Assembly: GCA_017461745.1 (NCBI GenBank)
Contig: JAFTXE010000018.1
Location: forward strand, 564-64,563
Reading direction: 5' to 3'
Source: Clostridia bacterium
Lineage (GTDB): Bacteria; Bacillota; Clostridia; Oscillospirales; CAG-272
DNA: 64,000 bases
A model generated the notes under the pieces. That model had not been told where the DNA came from. It did no database searches and saw only the letters and a program-made list of their open reading frames with translations. Position 1 is the stretch's first letter; every line of letters begins with the position of its first letter. The translations under genes were made by a program, and so were the position numbers. This document shows, piece after piece, positions 28,999 through 38,395 of the stretch.

Positions 28999-29027
28999 AT
29001 TATATCAAAAACTTGCAAGCGTGTCAA
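28999..29027 (-). promoter_or_regulatory. consensus promoter TTGACA-17-(TGa)TATAAT on minus strand
   Basis: Reverse complement of 28999..29027 = TTGACACGCTTGCAAGTTTTTGATATAAT. Confidence 0.55.
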
Positions 29028-29153
29028 TTATTTGTCAAATAATGAATGATTTTTACACTATAAGCGTGTCATTGGGGAGAGCATAACTATCTTGGCAAAA
29101 ATATAGTGTCGAAAAAGCTAAAAAACTTTATCAAAATTAAATTGAAAAAAGTA

Positions 29154-29182
29154 TTGACAAACCGAAATAAGTGTGCTATAAT
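29154..29182 (+). promoter_or_regulatory. consensus promoter TTGACA-17-TATAAT for the tRNA pair
   Basis: -35 at 29154..29159, -10 at 29177..29182. Confidence 0.55.
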
Positions 29183-29212
29183 ATATAAAGTAACCGAAAG
29201 GGAGCTGTAAAC

Positions 29213-29301
29213 GCCGGTGTGGCGGAACAGGCAGACGCCCGGGACTTAAAATCCCGTGATACGTAAGTATCGTACCGGTTCGACCCCGGTCACCGGCACC
29301 A
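29213..29301 (+). tRNA. tRNA-Leu (anticodon UAA)
   Basis: 89 nt with CCA; acceptor GCCGGTG/CACCGGC, anticodon stem CGGGA/TCCCG with loop CTTAAAA, long variable arm GATAC-GTAA-GTATC, T arm ACCGG-TTCGACC-CCGGT. Confidence 0.9.
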
Positions 29302-29321
29302 CACGGTAAAAAATTTCATAT

Positions 29322-29399
<78 letters not shown>

Positions 29400-29407
29400 A
29401 AAAAATT

Positions 29408-29436
29408 CCTCGGACTTGTTCCGAGGATATTTTTTT
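29408..29436 (+). terminator. terminator after the tRNA pair
   Basis: CCTCGG-ACTTGTT-CCGAGG followed by ATATTTTTTT. Confidence 0.6.
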
Positions 29437-29635
29437 ACCTCTTCACTTTTCACTCTTCACTCTTCACTTTTCTCCTTCCGCCGAGGAATTTTTTTGGAAG
29501 TAATAAGTAATAGTGAATAGTGAAAAGGTATTAGATGTAGCTTTTCGCTGTGGCGAAAAACATTTTTATTTTAAGGTTGAAAAGTTATAGGTTTTATGGT
29601 ATAATTGATATAACAAAGCGAAAGGTGGTAAGGTT

Positions 29636-29989
29636 ATGACTGACAGCCCTTTGATAGTGAAATCTAAAGCGTTTGCGCTTGAAGTGATACAGGTATGTAA
29701 GGAACTTCGAGTAGCGAAGTGTGAAAGTGCTTTGATAAATCAATTTCTGCGTTCGGGAACGAGTATAGGCGCGAATATTAGAGAAGCTTTTTACGCTCAC
29801 GGCAAGGCTGACTTTATTGCCAAACTGCAAATTGCTTTGAAAGAGTGTTCCGAAACGGAATATTGGATTGAACTTGTTTTGGAAAGTGGATATTACCACG
29901 ACAAAACTTTGCTCGATAAATGTACGGAGCTGAAAAGGATTTTAATTTCTTCCCTTAATACAGCTAAAGCAAATCAAGATAATAAATAA
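29636..29989 (+). CDS. four-helix-bundle protein (23S rRNA intervening-sequence protein / Avd-like family)
   Basis: 117 aa; KSKAFALEVIQVCKEL...QFLRSGTSIGANIREA...ETEYWIEL pattern typical of this family. Confidence 0.8.
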   Translation: MTDSPLIVKSKAFALEVIQVCKELRVAKCESALINQFLRSGTSIGANIREAFYAHGKADFIAKLQIALKECSETEYWIELVLESGYYHDKTLLDKCTELKRILISSLNTAKANQDNK

Positions 29990-30061
29990 TTTTCCCCAAA
30001 CCACTGGACTTTCCGCAATCTTTCGGTATAATGTGTGTTACCACCCGAAAGGAGCGAGAAA

Positions 30062-30301
30062 ATGATAGATTTAAAGCCATATTACCAAGTAAAATTACAC
30101 CTGCTAATTTACAAAGCATCTTTTCTCAATAATCCCCCAAAAACCGAAGACGAGAAATACGCTTATAACGTTATTCAAAAAGCGTATTGGATAAATGAGA
30201 AAAAGATAGAAATGCTGGATTATCAAAAGAGAAATAAGCTGATCGAGAATTATTATAGGCATTTCAGCGGTACACAAAAACAAAAGAAAGGTGGTAGCTA
30301 A
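30062..30301 (+). CDS. hypothetical small protein
   Basis: 79 aa from the ATG after AAAGGAG; stop overlaps the next start (TAATG). Confidence 0.4.
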   Translation: MIDLKPYYQVKLHLLIYKASFLNNPPKTEDEKYAYNVIQKAYWINEKKIEMLDYQKRNKLIENYYRHFSGTQKQKKGGS

Positions 30302-30861
30302 TGACAAAAAAGAATTTTATACGGCGAATTATAATATCTTCCGTATTAACCGCAATAGCTATCGCTCTGATTATAACATTTTGTGTCCTTATGTTTGCTA
30401 AATATTCCTATCCAAGCGAAGAAAATACTTCCATGGCAAGCGATACAGTTGCAGATGTTTATTATGCTTCTGGCAAAAAAGTAGTAATTGTTGAAATGTC
30501 AAACGGAGATCAATTTCAGTTGGTTTATCCAAATTTTGCAAAAGAATTATATGCGACTATCGGTTATGACCTTGACGAGCTTTGCGATCTGCTAAAAGGA
30601 AAAGAGATAAGGTATCTTCGAATGGATCATCTGCCTTGGATAGTAGAAATCTACGTTGAAGATATAGTAATGAACAACACCGAGTTAACAAACAAGCAGA
30701 TAGTTGCAACGCGCATTTTTATAGTAATTATCGGACTTATTATGCTTGCTTTTCCAATCTGCGGAGATGTTGCGTACATAAAAAAGCAGTATAGATGTTA
30801 CAAAAAATCAGAGAAAAAGAGAGCAAGAAAAGCACGGCGAAGTTCAAGAACAACACCATAA
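30301..30861 (+). CDS. hypothetical membrane protein with basic C-terminal tail
   Basis: 186 aa; N- and C-terminal TM helices, KKSEKKRARKARRSSR tail. Confidence 0.5.
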   Translation: MTKKNFIRRIIISSVLTAIAIALIITFCVLMFAKYSYPSEENTSMASDTVADVYYASGKKVVIVEMSNGDQFQLVYPNFAKELYATIGYDLDELCDLLKGKEIRYLRMDHLPWIVEIYVEDIVMNNTELTNKQIVATRIFIVIIGLIMLAFPICGDVAYIKKQYRCYKKSEKKRARKARRSSRTTP

Positions 30862-30868
30862 AAAGCTC

Positions 30869-30934
30869 GGCATCTATTTTGGATGCACATGAAATTGCCT
30901 TAGATAGCCGAAAACCCTTGATTTTATTGACTTT
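30869..30934 (+). repeat. 66-bp repeat R3, copy a
   Basis: GGCATCTATTTTGGATGCACATGAAATT...CCCTTGATTTTATTGACTTT; second copy at 31471..31536. Confidence 0.7.
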
Positions 30935-30990
30935 TTACAAGCTTTCAAAATTACGTTATAATTATTTCATCAAAGCGAAAAGGATTTAAT

Positions 30991-31464
30991 ATGAAAAAAG
31001 CAAAAACGGTTTTTGTGGCGATCTTAATAGCTTTAATCGCCATCGTTGCAATCGTATTACATATTTTCTTGCCTGATTATACAGACTCATTTATAGTTTT
31101 TATTATTGGCATTCTAATGTGTATTGCGGCAGTTTCTATTATGATTGATTCATATCACTGCAAAACAAAGGTGTCGGCTATATTGATGGATTACGGATTT
31201 GAACAATTTAAGGCGCACGTTACAAGCTCTCCTGTTTTTTCATACAGTTATCAAGGTAAGTCGTATACAGAACCGTCCAGAGAATCGCTTTCACAAAGGT
31301 ATGTATTAAAACATTACAAGGAAGGGCAAGCGTATGATATATACATATCGGCAAAGGACCCGACATGTATAAAGCTCACTCGGAGAATTCGTGCGTTTGA
31401 ATTAATATTGTTCATTATAGGACTGTGTATAGTTGCCCTCTCAATTTATTCGTTATTTTTATAA
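30991..31464 (+). CDS. hypothetical membrane protein (DUF3592-like layout)
   Basis: 157 aa; two N-terminal TM, beta-rich middle, C-terminal TM. Confidence 0.45.
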   Translation: MKKAKTVFVAILIALIAIVAIVLHIFLPDYTDSFIVFIIGILMCIAAVSIMIDSYHCKTKVSAILMDYGFEQFKAHVTSSPVFSYSYQGKSYTEPSRESLSQRYVLKHYKEGQAYDIYISAKDPTCIKLTRRIRAFELILFIIGLCIVALSIYSLFL

Positions 31465-31470
31465 TTTGAA

Positions 31471-31536
31471 GGCATCTATTTTGGATGCACATGAAATTAC
31501 ATCCAATAACTCAAACCCCTTGATTTTATTGACTTT
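31471..31536 (+). repeat. 66-bp repeat R3, copy b
   Basis: First 28 nt and last about 20 nt identical to copy a; partial third GGCATCTATT at 31545..31554. Confidence 0.7.
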
Positions 31537-31574
31537 CCCGTGGTGGCATCTATTCTGTCAAGATAACACAAAAA

Positions 31575-31676
31575 ATCCAACTCGAAAGAGTTGGATCAGA
31601 TTACTGACAAAGGGTTCAGGACTATGGTTCTGAGCCCTTTGTCAGTAATCTGAGGGCACCATTAGGTGTCCTTTTT
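31575..31676 (+). ncRNA. candidate small structured RNA: three consecutive hairpins ending in a terminator
   Basis: ATCCAACTC-GAAA-GAGTTGGAT; 18-bp perfect stem CAGATTACTGACAAAGGG/CCCTTTGTCAGTAATCTG; GGGCACC-ATTA-GGTGTCC+T5. Confidence 0.3.
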
Positions 31677-31798
31677 GCTAATTAAATAAAATTTTATTTT
31701 TATTTTGTCGAATTTCTTGTTTTTATATTGAATTTTTGAAAAAAGTGTGTTATACTTAAAGTAAATTTTATGCTATAAGCATATAAAAGGAGGATTTT

Positions 31799-33268
31799 AT
31801 GAACAAGTTTGCCAGACTCCTCGGGTACGACCCCGTGGAGAAAAAAACAAGTGTCAAAACGGAGCTTGTCGCGGGTGTAGTTACTTTTCTTGCTATGGCT
31901 TACATTTTGACGGTCAACCCCAACCAGATTTTCGGCGCGGGCAGTCCCTATTGGGCTTCGGCGTTTATCGCTACGGCTCTCGGTGCTGTCATTGGTACTC
32001 TTTTGATGGCGTTTCTCGCTAAGATGCCTCTCGCTCAGGCTTCGGGTATGGGTCTTAACTCAATGCTCGGCGGTCTTATCGGCGGCTGGGGCGGCTACGG
32101 TGCTGCCTTCACTCCCGGTCAGGGCTTTATGCTCGTTCTTATCTCGGGTCTCATTTTCCTTGCGCTCTCCCTTATAAGAATCAGAAAAAAGACCTTCCGT
32201 GAGCTTGTATTCGACGGTATGCCTATTGCGGTAAGAAGTGCTATTTCCGTCGGTATCGGCTTGTTTATCGCTTTCATTGGCTTCCAGAATGCAAAGGTTA
32301 TCGTTGGCGACCCTTACGTATTGGTTTCCCTCGTTAATTTCACCGGCTACGACGTTAACGTTGCCAATGCGGCTGTTTGCCTTATCGGTCTTTTCCTTAT
32401 CGCTATTCTCGATAAGCTCAACGTCAAGGGTTCTGTTATTATCGGTATTATCGGCGCGGCTATAGTCGGTGTTCCTCTCGGAGTTACCAACCTTTCAATA
32501 CTTAAGGGTGAGGGCGATATTTCCTGGAAGTTCTGGGAGAACTTCGCAAACTTCTTTACGGGTGAAAACAGCGTATTCGGTTCGTTTGCTGACGTATTCA
32601 CCGAGGGACTTATTCCCGCAGGCGTGTCTGTATTTACTATCATTATGATAATTATTACGCTCTGCATGATAGATATGTTTGACACTATGGGTACGATAGT
32701 TGGCTGTTGCAGTGGAAACAGAGTGCTTTCCGACGAAAACAACAAGCCTCACAACTACGGCAAGATTATGATGTCCGATGCTGTAGCAACCTGTGCGGGT
32801 GCAATGCTTGGTACGTCCACAGTTACCACGTTCGTTGAGTCGGGCGCAGGCGTATCCGCAGGTGGTAGAACGGGTCTTACCGCTCTTACAACGGCAGGTA
32901 TGTTCTTCCTCGCAATGTTCGCGCTTCCTCTGTTCGCAGCTATTCCTTCGGCAGCGGCGGCAGCAGCGCTTATATACGTTGGTGTTCTTATGATGAAGAA
33001 CAACATCAAGAACGTTGATTTTTCTAACAGCATCAACGCAACCTCTGCATTCCTTACTATAGTAGTAATGGTTCTTTCTTACTCCATTACTAAGGGAATC
33101 GGTGTGGGTCTCATTTCTTACACCGTTATGTCCGCTCTTTCTTACGTTATCAGCGCTATCAAATATGCAGTTAACAAGAAGGAAAAGCCTGTTTGGAACA
33201 TTTCCGTAGTAGCTATCATAGTATCGCTGCTCTTCTGCGTATATTTCTTCGTTCCCGCTACGCTTTAA
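31799..33268 (+). CDS. NCS2/AzgA-family purine (guanine/hypoxanthine/adenine) permease
   Basis: 489 aa polytopic; TELVAGVVTFLAMAYILTVNP N-terminus typical of PbuG/AzgA permeases. Confidence 0.85.
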   Translation: MNKFARLLGYDPVEKKTSVKTELVAGVVTFLAMAYILTVNPNQIFGAGSPYWASAFIATALGAVIGTLLMAFLAKMPLAQASGMGLNSMLGGLIGGWGGYGAAFTPGQGFMLVLISGLIFLALSLIRIRKKTFRELVFDGMPIAVRSAISVGIGLFIAFIGFQNAKVIVGDPYVLVSLVNFTGYDVNVANAAVCLIGLFLIAILDKLNVKGSVIIGIIGAAIVGVPLGVTNLSILKGEGDISWKFWENFANFFTGENSVFGSFADVFTEGLIPAGVSVFTIIMIIITLCMIDMFDTMGTIVGCCSGNRVLSDENNKPHNYGKIMMSDAVATCAGAMLGTSTVTTFVESGAGVSAGGRTGLTALTTAGMFFLAMFALPLFAAIPSAAAAAALIYVGVLMMKNNIKNVDFSNSINATSAFLTIVVMVLSYSITKGIGVGLISYTVMSALSYVISAIKYAVNKKEKPVWNISVVAIIVSLLFCVYFFVPATL

Positions 33269-33446
33269 AGTTAGGGACGCGGCTTTGGGGTCTTTCTTTC
33301 GGAGAAAGACCCCATACCCCAAAGAACTCGTGAAAAATAAATATTAGGGTTGTTGGAATTTTGTGCTGTGCTTAATTTAAGTACAGCATTTTTCTAAGGT
33401 GGAAACCACGTCAAATGCTGCTACGCACTTGATGGGTTTCTTTTTT
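33269..33446 (+). repeat. composite post-stop-codon repeat, family R1, copy C
   Basis: AGTTAGGGACGCGG head, GGGGTCTTTCTTTCGGAGAAAGACCCC hairpin, GGAAACCACGTCAAATG.. terminator + T6. Confidence 0.75.
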
Positions 33447-33652
33447 ATTAAAAAGATAGGGCTGACAATCGCTGACTGATGAGGGTAGCCGACGAAGGCG
33501 GCGTGCGTCCTGATTCAAGTTTTACTATTTACCTGATAAAACATAATTTATATATGCACTAACGGTATATAAAAAACATGAGCTATTTTAATCTCAAAAG
33601 ACTTTACAAAATTGACTTTACATGATATAATATGTAAAATAATGGTTTTGGG

Positions 33653-34597
33653 GTGACAATGATGTCGAATGCAAATCTTTTGACAAGGACATACCGCGGA
33701 GAGCCGTATCTTAAGGATGCGGCGAAATTAAAAGGAACTTACGACGATATTTACGTTTACGATATCGCTGATTTTTGCAGGCTGATTTCAACTCGCGAGC
33801 TGCATAAAAGGCGTGATATGGGGGAGAGCATATACGATATAATGTCTACCGACGGCGTTTTGGAAATATTGGATTACGTAAAGACTTATACGGAAATTCC
33901 TTTGCTTGTCAAGACAGTCCACGGCGTTGCGTTGATAATTCCGTCTCTTGTTCCGTCGACGTCTCTTTTTGTTTTGTCTTACGTCAGCGTAGGCGGAGAA
34001 AGGCTATATGCGTATTGTAAGCAAAGCGGAGCGTCCGTTTGCTATTCGGGCGAGCTTGAGAGGGAAGAGTTGAGCGAAAATACCGCTCTCCCGAGAAGTA
34101 TTGAGCAATATTGCGAACGCTATCTTTGCAGAATGGAGGCGGCTTTTGAAGGGACTGCGAGAGGGCAGATGCTTGAAGGTGATATTACCAATATTCTTGA
34201 GGAGCGCATATATGCGATTTCGTATTACGCGGGGTGCTCGGCAAGCGTTTTGAGTGCAGAGCCGATAGTTGCTTTCGGAGATTTTGATTTTTCGCTGTTT
34301 ACCGCGTTTGTCTTTTGCTTTATGATTGTTGCAAGACGGTATTCGCGGCGCAATGAATTGGCTGTTGTGCTTGAAAATAAGAGCTTTGGAATATCCGTTA
34401 TGGCGAGTATGTCGGTGAAGGGAAGGCAAATATGCGATTGCGCGGAAATACGCGAGTTTACGACCATAACCGACAGAAAACGCGGCTTCTTTGAATATAT
34501 GTGCGATGGGGCAGTGGCTCATATACGTTTTTCGCCCGTGGCAAAGGATTGGTCGTATCTTAATATCAAGTCTCCGACAGAAGAAAATAATGCGTAA
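33653..34597 (+). CDS. hypothetical protein
   Basis: 314 aa (GTG; ATG 6-9 nt later is possible); no motif recognised. Confidence 0.45.
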   Translation: MTMMSNANLLTRTYRGEPYLKDAAKLKGTYDDIYVYDIADFCRLISTRELHKRRDMGESIYDIMSTDGVLEILDYVKTYTEIPLLVKTVHGVALIIPSLVPSTSLFVLSYVSVGGERLYAYCKQSGASVCYSGELEREELSENTALPRSIEQYCERYLCRMEAAFEGTARGQMLEGDITNILEERIYAISYYAGCSASVLSAEPIVAFGDFDFSLFTAFVFCFMIVARRYSRRNELAVVLENKSFGISVMASMSVKGRQICDCAEIREFTTITDRKRGFFEYMCDGAVAHIRFSPVAKDWSYLNIKSPTEENNA

Positions 34598-34764
34598 ATA
34601 ATTCCATAAAATCTTTGATTTTTCAGGTTTACCTGAATATTGCGAAAAACACTTGAAAAATGATTAAATTTTGATTAATTTTTTGAAAATACTCTTTACT
34701 TATTTGGAGTTTTATGTTATTATATTAGATGGAAAAAATTTTTTAAAAACGGAGGAAAAATTTC

Positions 34765-37700
34765 ATGGCTATTCAAAGAAAAAAGATGTCCATGGACGGT
34801 AATACAGCTGCGGCGCATGTCTCCTATGCGTTCACTGAAGTTGCCGCTATTTACCCTATCACACCTTCATCCGTAATGGCTGAGCTCACAGATGCTTGGT
34901 CCGCAACAGGACTCAAGAACATTATGGGCGAAAACGTTAAGGTAATGGAGATGCAGTCTGAGGCAGGTGCGGCAGGTACCGTTCACGGTTCTCTTGCGGC
35001 AGGCGCGCTCACCACTACTTATACGGCTTCTCAGGGTCTGCTCCTGATGATTCCCAATATGTATAAGATCGCGGGCGAGCTTCTCCCCTGCGTTATTCAC
35101 GTTTCTGCTCGTTGCGTAGCTTCTCACGCGCTCAACATCTTCGGAGACCACTCCGACGTTTATGCGTGCCGTCAGACAGGCTTCGCTATGATCGCAGGCT
35201 CTAACCCTCAGGAAGTTATGGACCTCGGTGCCGTTGCTCACCTTGCAACCATCAAGGGAAGAGTTCCTTTCATTAACTTCTTCGACGGTTTCCGTACGTC
35301 TCACGAGATCCAGAAGATCGAGACTTGGGATTACGAGGATCTCAAGGAAATGGTTGACATGGACGCTATCGCTGAATTCCGCGCTCGCGCTATCAACCCC
35401 GAGCATCCCGTACTCCGCGGCTCTGCTGAAAACGGAGATATCTTCTTCCAGCACAGAGAGTCCTGTAACCCCTACTACGATGCGCTTCCCGCAATCGTTG
35501 AGGATTACATGAACAAGGTAAACGAGAAGATCGGTACTGATTACAAGCTCTTCAACTACTACGGCGCTCCCGATGCAGAGAAGGTTATCGTTGCTATGGG
35601 CTCTATCTGCGACGTTGCTGAAGAGGTTATAGATTACATGATGGCTAAGGGAGAAAAGGTTGGTCTTATCAAGGTTCGCCTTTACAGACCCTTCGTTCCC
35701 GCAAAGCTTATCGAGGTTCTTCCCAAGACTGTTAAGAAGATTGCTGTTCTTGACAGAACCAAAGAGCCCGGTGCTCTCGGCGAGCCTCTCTACCTCGACG
35801 TTGTTACCGCTCTTGCTACGAACGGCGTAAACGTTAAGGTCGTTGGCGGTCGTTACGGACTTGGTTCTAAGGACACGCCTCCTTCCTCCATCTTCGCTGT
35901 ATACGAAAATCTCGATGCGGCTGAGCCTAAGAACGGCTTTACCATCGGTATCGTAGACGACGTTACGGGACTTTCTCTTGACGAGAAGCCCGCTCCCGAT
36001 ACCTCTGCTGAGGGAACTATCTCCTGCAAGTTCTGGGGTCTCGGAGGAGACGGAACGGTTGGAGCTAACAAGAACTCCATCAAGATCATCGGTGACCACA
36101 CCGACAAGTTCATTCAGGCATACTTCCAGTATGACTCCAAGAAGACGGGCGGTGTAACCATTTCTCACCTCCGCTTCGGTGACAAGGCTATCAAGTCTCC
36201 TTACTACATCACTAAGGCTGACTTCGTTGCTTGCCACAATCCTTCCTACATCACCAAGGGCTACAAGATCGTAAACGACGTTAAGCCCGGCGGTACGTTC
36301 CTTCTTAACTGCCAGTGGGCTCCCGAGGAGCTTGACGCTCACCTGCCCGCAGACGTTAAGTCCTACATCGCAAAGAACAACATTAAGTTCTATACCGTTA
36401 ACGCTATCGATAAGGCTCGTGAGATCGGAATGGGTAAGAGAACTAACACAATTCTCCAGTCCGCATTCTTCGCTCTCGCTAACATCATGCCTATCGCTGA
36501 GGCTGTTGACTACATGAAGTACATGGCTAAGAAGTCCTATCTCAAGAAGGGCGAGGCTGTCGTTGAGCTTAACTACAAGGCTATCGACGCAGGCGTTGAC
36601 GCTCTCGTTGAGATCAAGGTTCCTGCTGAATGGGCAAACGCAGGTGAGGCTCCCGCTAAGGCTGCTGCTACGGGTGAGAGAGCTGACCTCGTTAACTTCG
36701 TAAACACCGTCGTTACTCCCGTATCTCTTATGAACGGCGACAAGCTTCCCGTTTCTGCATTTAAGGGTATGGAAGACGGTACGTTCCCTCAGGGCTCTGC
36801 TGCTTACGAGAAGAGAGGCGTTGCTGTTGACGTTCCCGTATGGCATCCTGAAAACTGTGTACAGTGTAACCAGTGTGCGTTCGTATGTCCTCACGCGGCT
36901 ATCCGTCCCTTCGCTATGAACGAGGAAGAGGCTGCTAACGCTCCCGAGGTAACTAAGTTCACGGCTAAGCCCGTTATCAAGACTAACTACAAGTACACCA
37001 TGGCTGTTTCTCCTCTTGACTGTATGGGTTGTACCCTCTGCGTCAAGGCATGTAAGGTAAGTGAGAACGCAATAAAGAACGGCAAGCCCGAAAAGGTTGC
37101 TATCGAGATGGTATCTCAGGCAAGCCAGCTTGATCAGCAGGCAGCATTCGACTACGCTGTTGCTAATGTTTCCGAGAAGGCAGAGCTTATCAACGAAACC
37201 GTTAAGGGCAGCCAGTTCAAGCAGCCTCTGCTCGAGTTCTCCGGCTCTTGCGCAGGATGTGCTGAGACCTCTTACGCTCGTCTCATTACACAGCTCTTCG
37301 GTGAGAGAATGTATATCTCCAACGCAACAGGATGTTCTTCCATTTGGGGTGGCTCCGCTCCCGCAACTCCTTACACGGTAAACCGTGAAACAGGTAAGGG
37401 TCCCGCTTGGGCTAACTCCTTGTTCGAGGACAACGCTGAGCACGGTCTCGGTATGGCTCTCGGTCAGAAGACTATCCGTGAGAAGCTTATAAAGAAGGTT
37501 GCCGAGATGGCTGAGTCCGACAAGGCATCCGACGAGTTCAAGGCTGCCGCTAAGGCTTACCTTGACACTGTAAACGACGGTAAGGCTAACGCTGCTGCTA
37601 CCGACGCTCTCGTAGCAGAGCTTGAAAAGGCAGCTGCGGCAGGCTGTCCCACCGCTCCCGCTATCCTTGCTGAAAAGGATTACCTCGCTAAGAAGTCCGT

Positions 37701-38343
37701 ATGGATCTTCGGTGGTGACGGATGGGCATACGATATCGGATTTGGCGGTCTTGACCACGTACTCGCATCGGGTGAGGACGTAAACGTAATGGTATTCGAT
37801 ACCGAGGTTTACTCCAACACGGGTGGACAGGCGTCCAAGGCTTCTCAGATCGGTCAGGTTGCTCAGTTTGCGGCAGCAGGTAAGGCAATCGGCAAGAAGG
37901 ACCTTGCTCAGATAGCTATGTCCTACGGCTACGTATACGTTGCACAGGTTGCAATGGGTGCTGATATGAACCAGCTCCTCAAGGCTCTTACTGAGGCTGA
38001 GGCTTACAACGGACCTTCTCTTATCATCGGTTACGCTCCTTGTGAGATGCACGGTGTTAAGGGCGGAATGCAGAACTGCCAGCTCGAAATGAAGAAGGCG
38101 GTTGACGCAGGCTACTGGCAGATGTTCCGTTACAATCCTACGCTTGAAACGGGCAAGCTCGTAGTAGATTCCAAGGCTCCTACGGCTAACTACGTTGACT
38201 TCATCAAGTCCGAGACTCGTTATGCTCGCCTTGTACAGTCCTTCCCCGAAAAGGCTGAAAAGCTCTTTGCTCAGGGCGAGGAGAACGCAAAGGCTAAGTA
38301 CGACAGACTTCAGAAGCTTGCTGAACTCTACGGAAATAACTAA
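34765..38343 (+). CDS. nifJ: pyruvate:ferredoxin (flavodoxin) oxidoreductase
   Basis: 1192 aa; two CxxCxxCxxxCP ferredoxin motifs (CVQCNQCAFVCP, CMGCTLCVKAC), TPP motif GGDGWAYDIGFGGLDHV. Confidence 0.95.
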   Translation: MAIQRKKMSMDGNTAAAHVSYAFTEVAAIYPITPSSVMAELTDAWSATGLKNIMGENVKVMEMQSEAGAAGTVHGSLAAGALTTTYTASQGLLLMIPNMYKIAGELLPCVIHVSARCVASHALNIFGDHSDVYACRQTGFAMIAGSNPQEVMDLGAVAHLATIKGRVPFINFFDGFRTSHEIQKIETWDYEDLKEMVDMDAIAEFRARAINPEHPVLRGSAENGDIFFQHRESCNPYYDALPAIVEDYMNKVNEKIGTDYKLFNYYGAPDAEKVIVAMGSICDVAEEVIDYMMAKGEKVGLIKVRLYRPFVPAKLIEVLPKTVKKIAVLDRTKEPGALGEPLYLDVVTALATNGVNVKVVGGRYGLGSKDTPPSSIFAVYENLDAAEPKNGFTIGIVDDVTGLSLDEKPAPDTSAEGTISCKFWGLGGDGTVGANKNSIKIIGDHTDKFIQAYFQYDSKKTGGVTISHLRFGDKAIKSPYYITKADFVACHNPSYITKGYKIVNDVKPGGTFLLNCQWAPEELDAHLPADVKSYIAKNNIKFYTVNAIDKAREIGMGKRTNTILQSAFFALANIMPIAEAVDYMKYMAKKSYLKKGEAVVELNYKAIDAGVDALVEIKVPAEWANAGEAPAKAAATGERADLVNFVNTVVTPVSLMNGDKLPVSAFKGMEDGTFPQGSAAYEKRGVAVDVPVWHPENCVQCNQCAFVCPHAAIRPFAMNEEEAANAPEVTKFTAKPVIKTNYKYTMAVSPLDCMGCTLCVKACKVSENAIKNGKPEKVAIEMVSQASQLDQQAAFDYAVANVSEKAELINETVKGSQFKQPLLEFSGSCAGCAETSYARLITQLFGERMYISNATGCSSIWGGSAPATPYTVNRETGKGPAWANSLFEDNAEHGLGMALGQKTIREKLIKKVAEMAESDKASDEFKAAAKAYLDTVNDGKANAAATDALVAELEKAAAAGCPTAPAILAEKDYLAKKSVWIFGGDGWAYDIGFGGLDHVLASGEDVNVMVFDTEVYSNTGGQASKASQIGQVAQFAAAGKAIGKKDLAQIAMSYGYVYVAQVAMGADMNQLLKALTEAEAYNGPSLIIGYAPCEMHGVKGGMQNCQLEMKKAVDAGYWQMFRYNPTLETGKLVVDSKAPTANYVDFIKSETRYARLVQSFPEKAEKLFAQGEENAKAKYDRLQKLAELYGNN

Positions 38344-38395
38344 ATAAAAGCTACTCAAGGGGGTGCCGCATATGCGGTAGCCCCTAAGGGTATAT

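Noticed and set aside
30795-30989. 64-aa and 66-aa ORFs (the second at 31433..31633) spanning the R3 repeats
   Set aside because: Their similarity (SASILDAHEI..) is just the translated R3 DNA repeat. They have no RBS and overlap the preceding genes' ends.
29636-31536. Diversity-generating retroelement hypothesis (Avd-like protein plus the nearby R3a/R3b repeat pair as TR/VR)
   Set aside because: No reverse transcriptase is present in the window. The R3 copies are non-coding, and their mismatches are not adenine-specific.
31575-31676. Resemblance of the hairpin cluster (GAAA-looped stem and terminal GGCACC..GGTGTCC+T5) to a Cas9 tracrRNA/sgRNA tail
   Set aside because: There is no cas gene, no CRISPR repeat and no anti-repeat. 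The similarity is limited to generic hairpin and terminator features.
31640-31798. Expected purine riboswitch upstream of the NCS2 purine permease
   Set aside because: No three-way junction or conserved purine-riboswitch loop sequences are visible. The region is AT-rich with only a terminator from the upstream unit.
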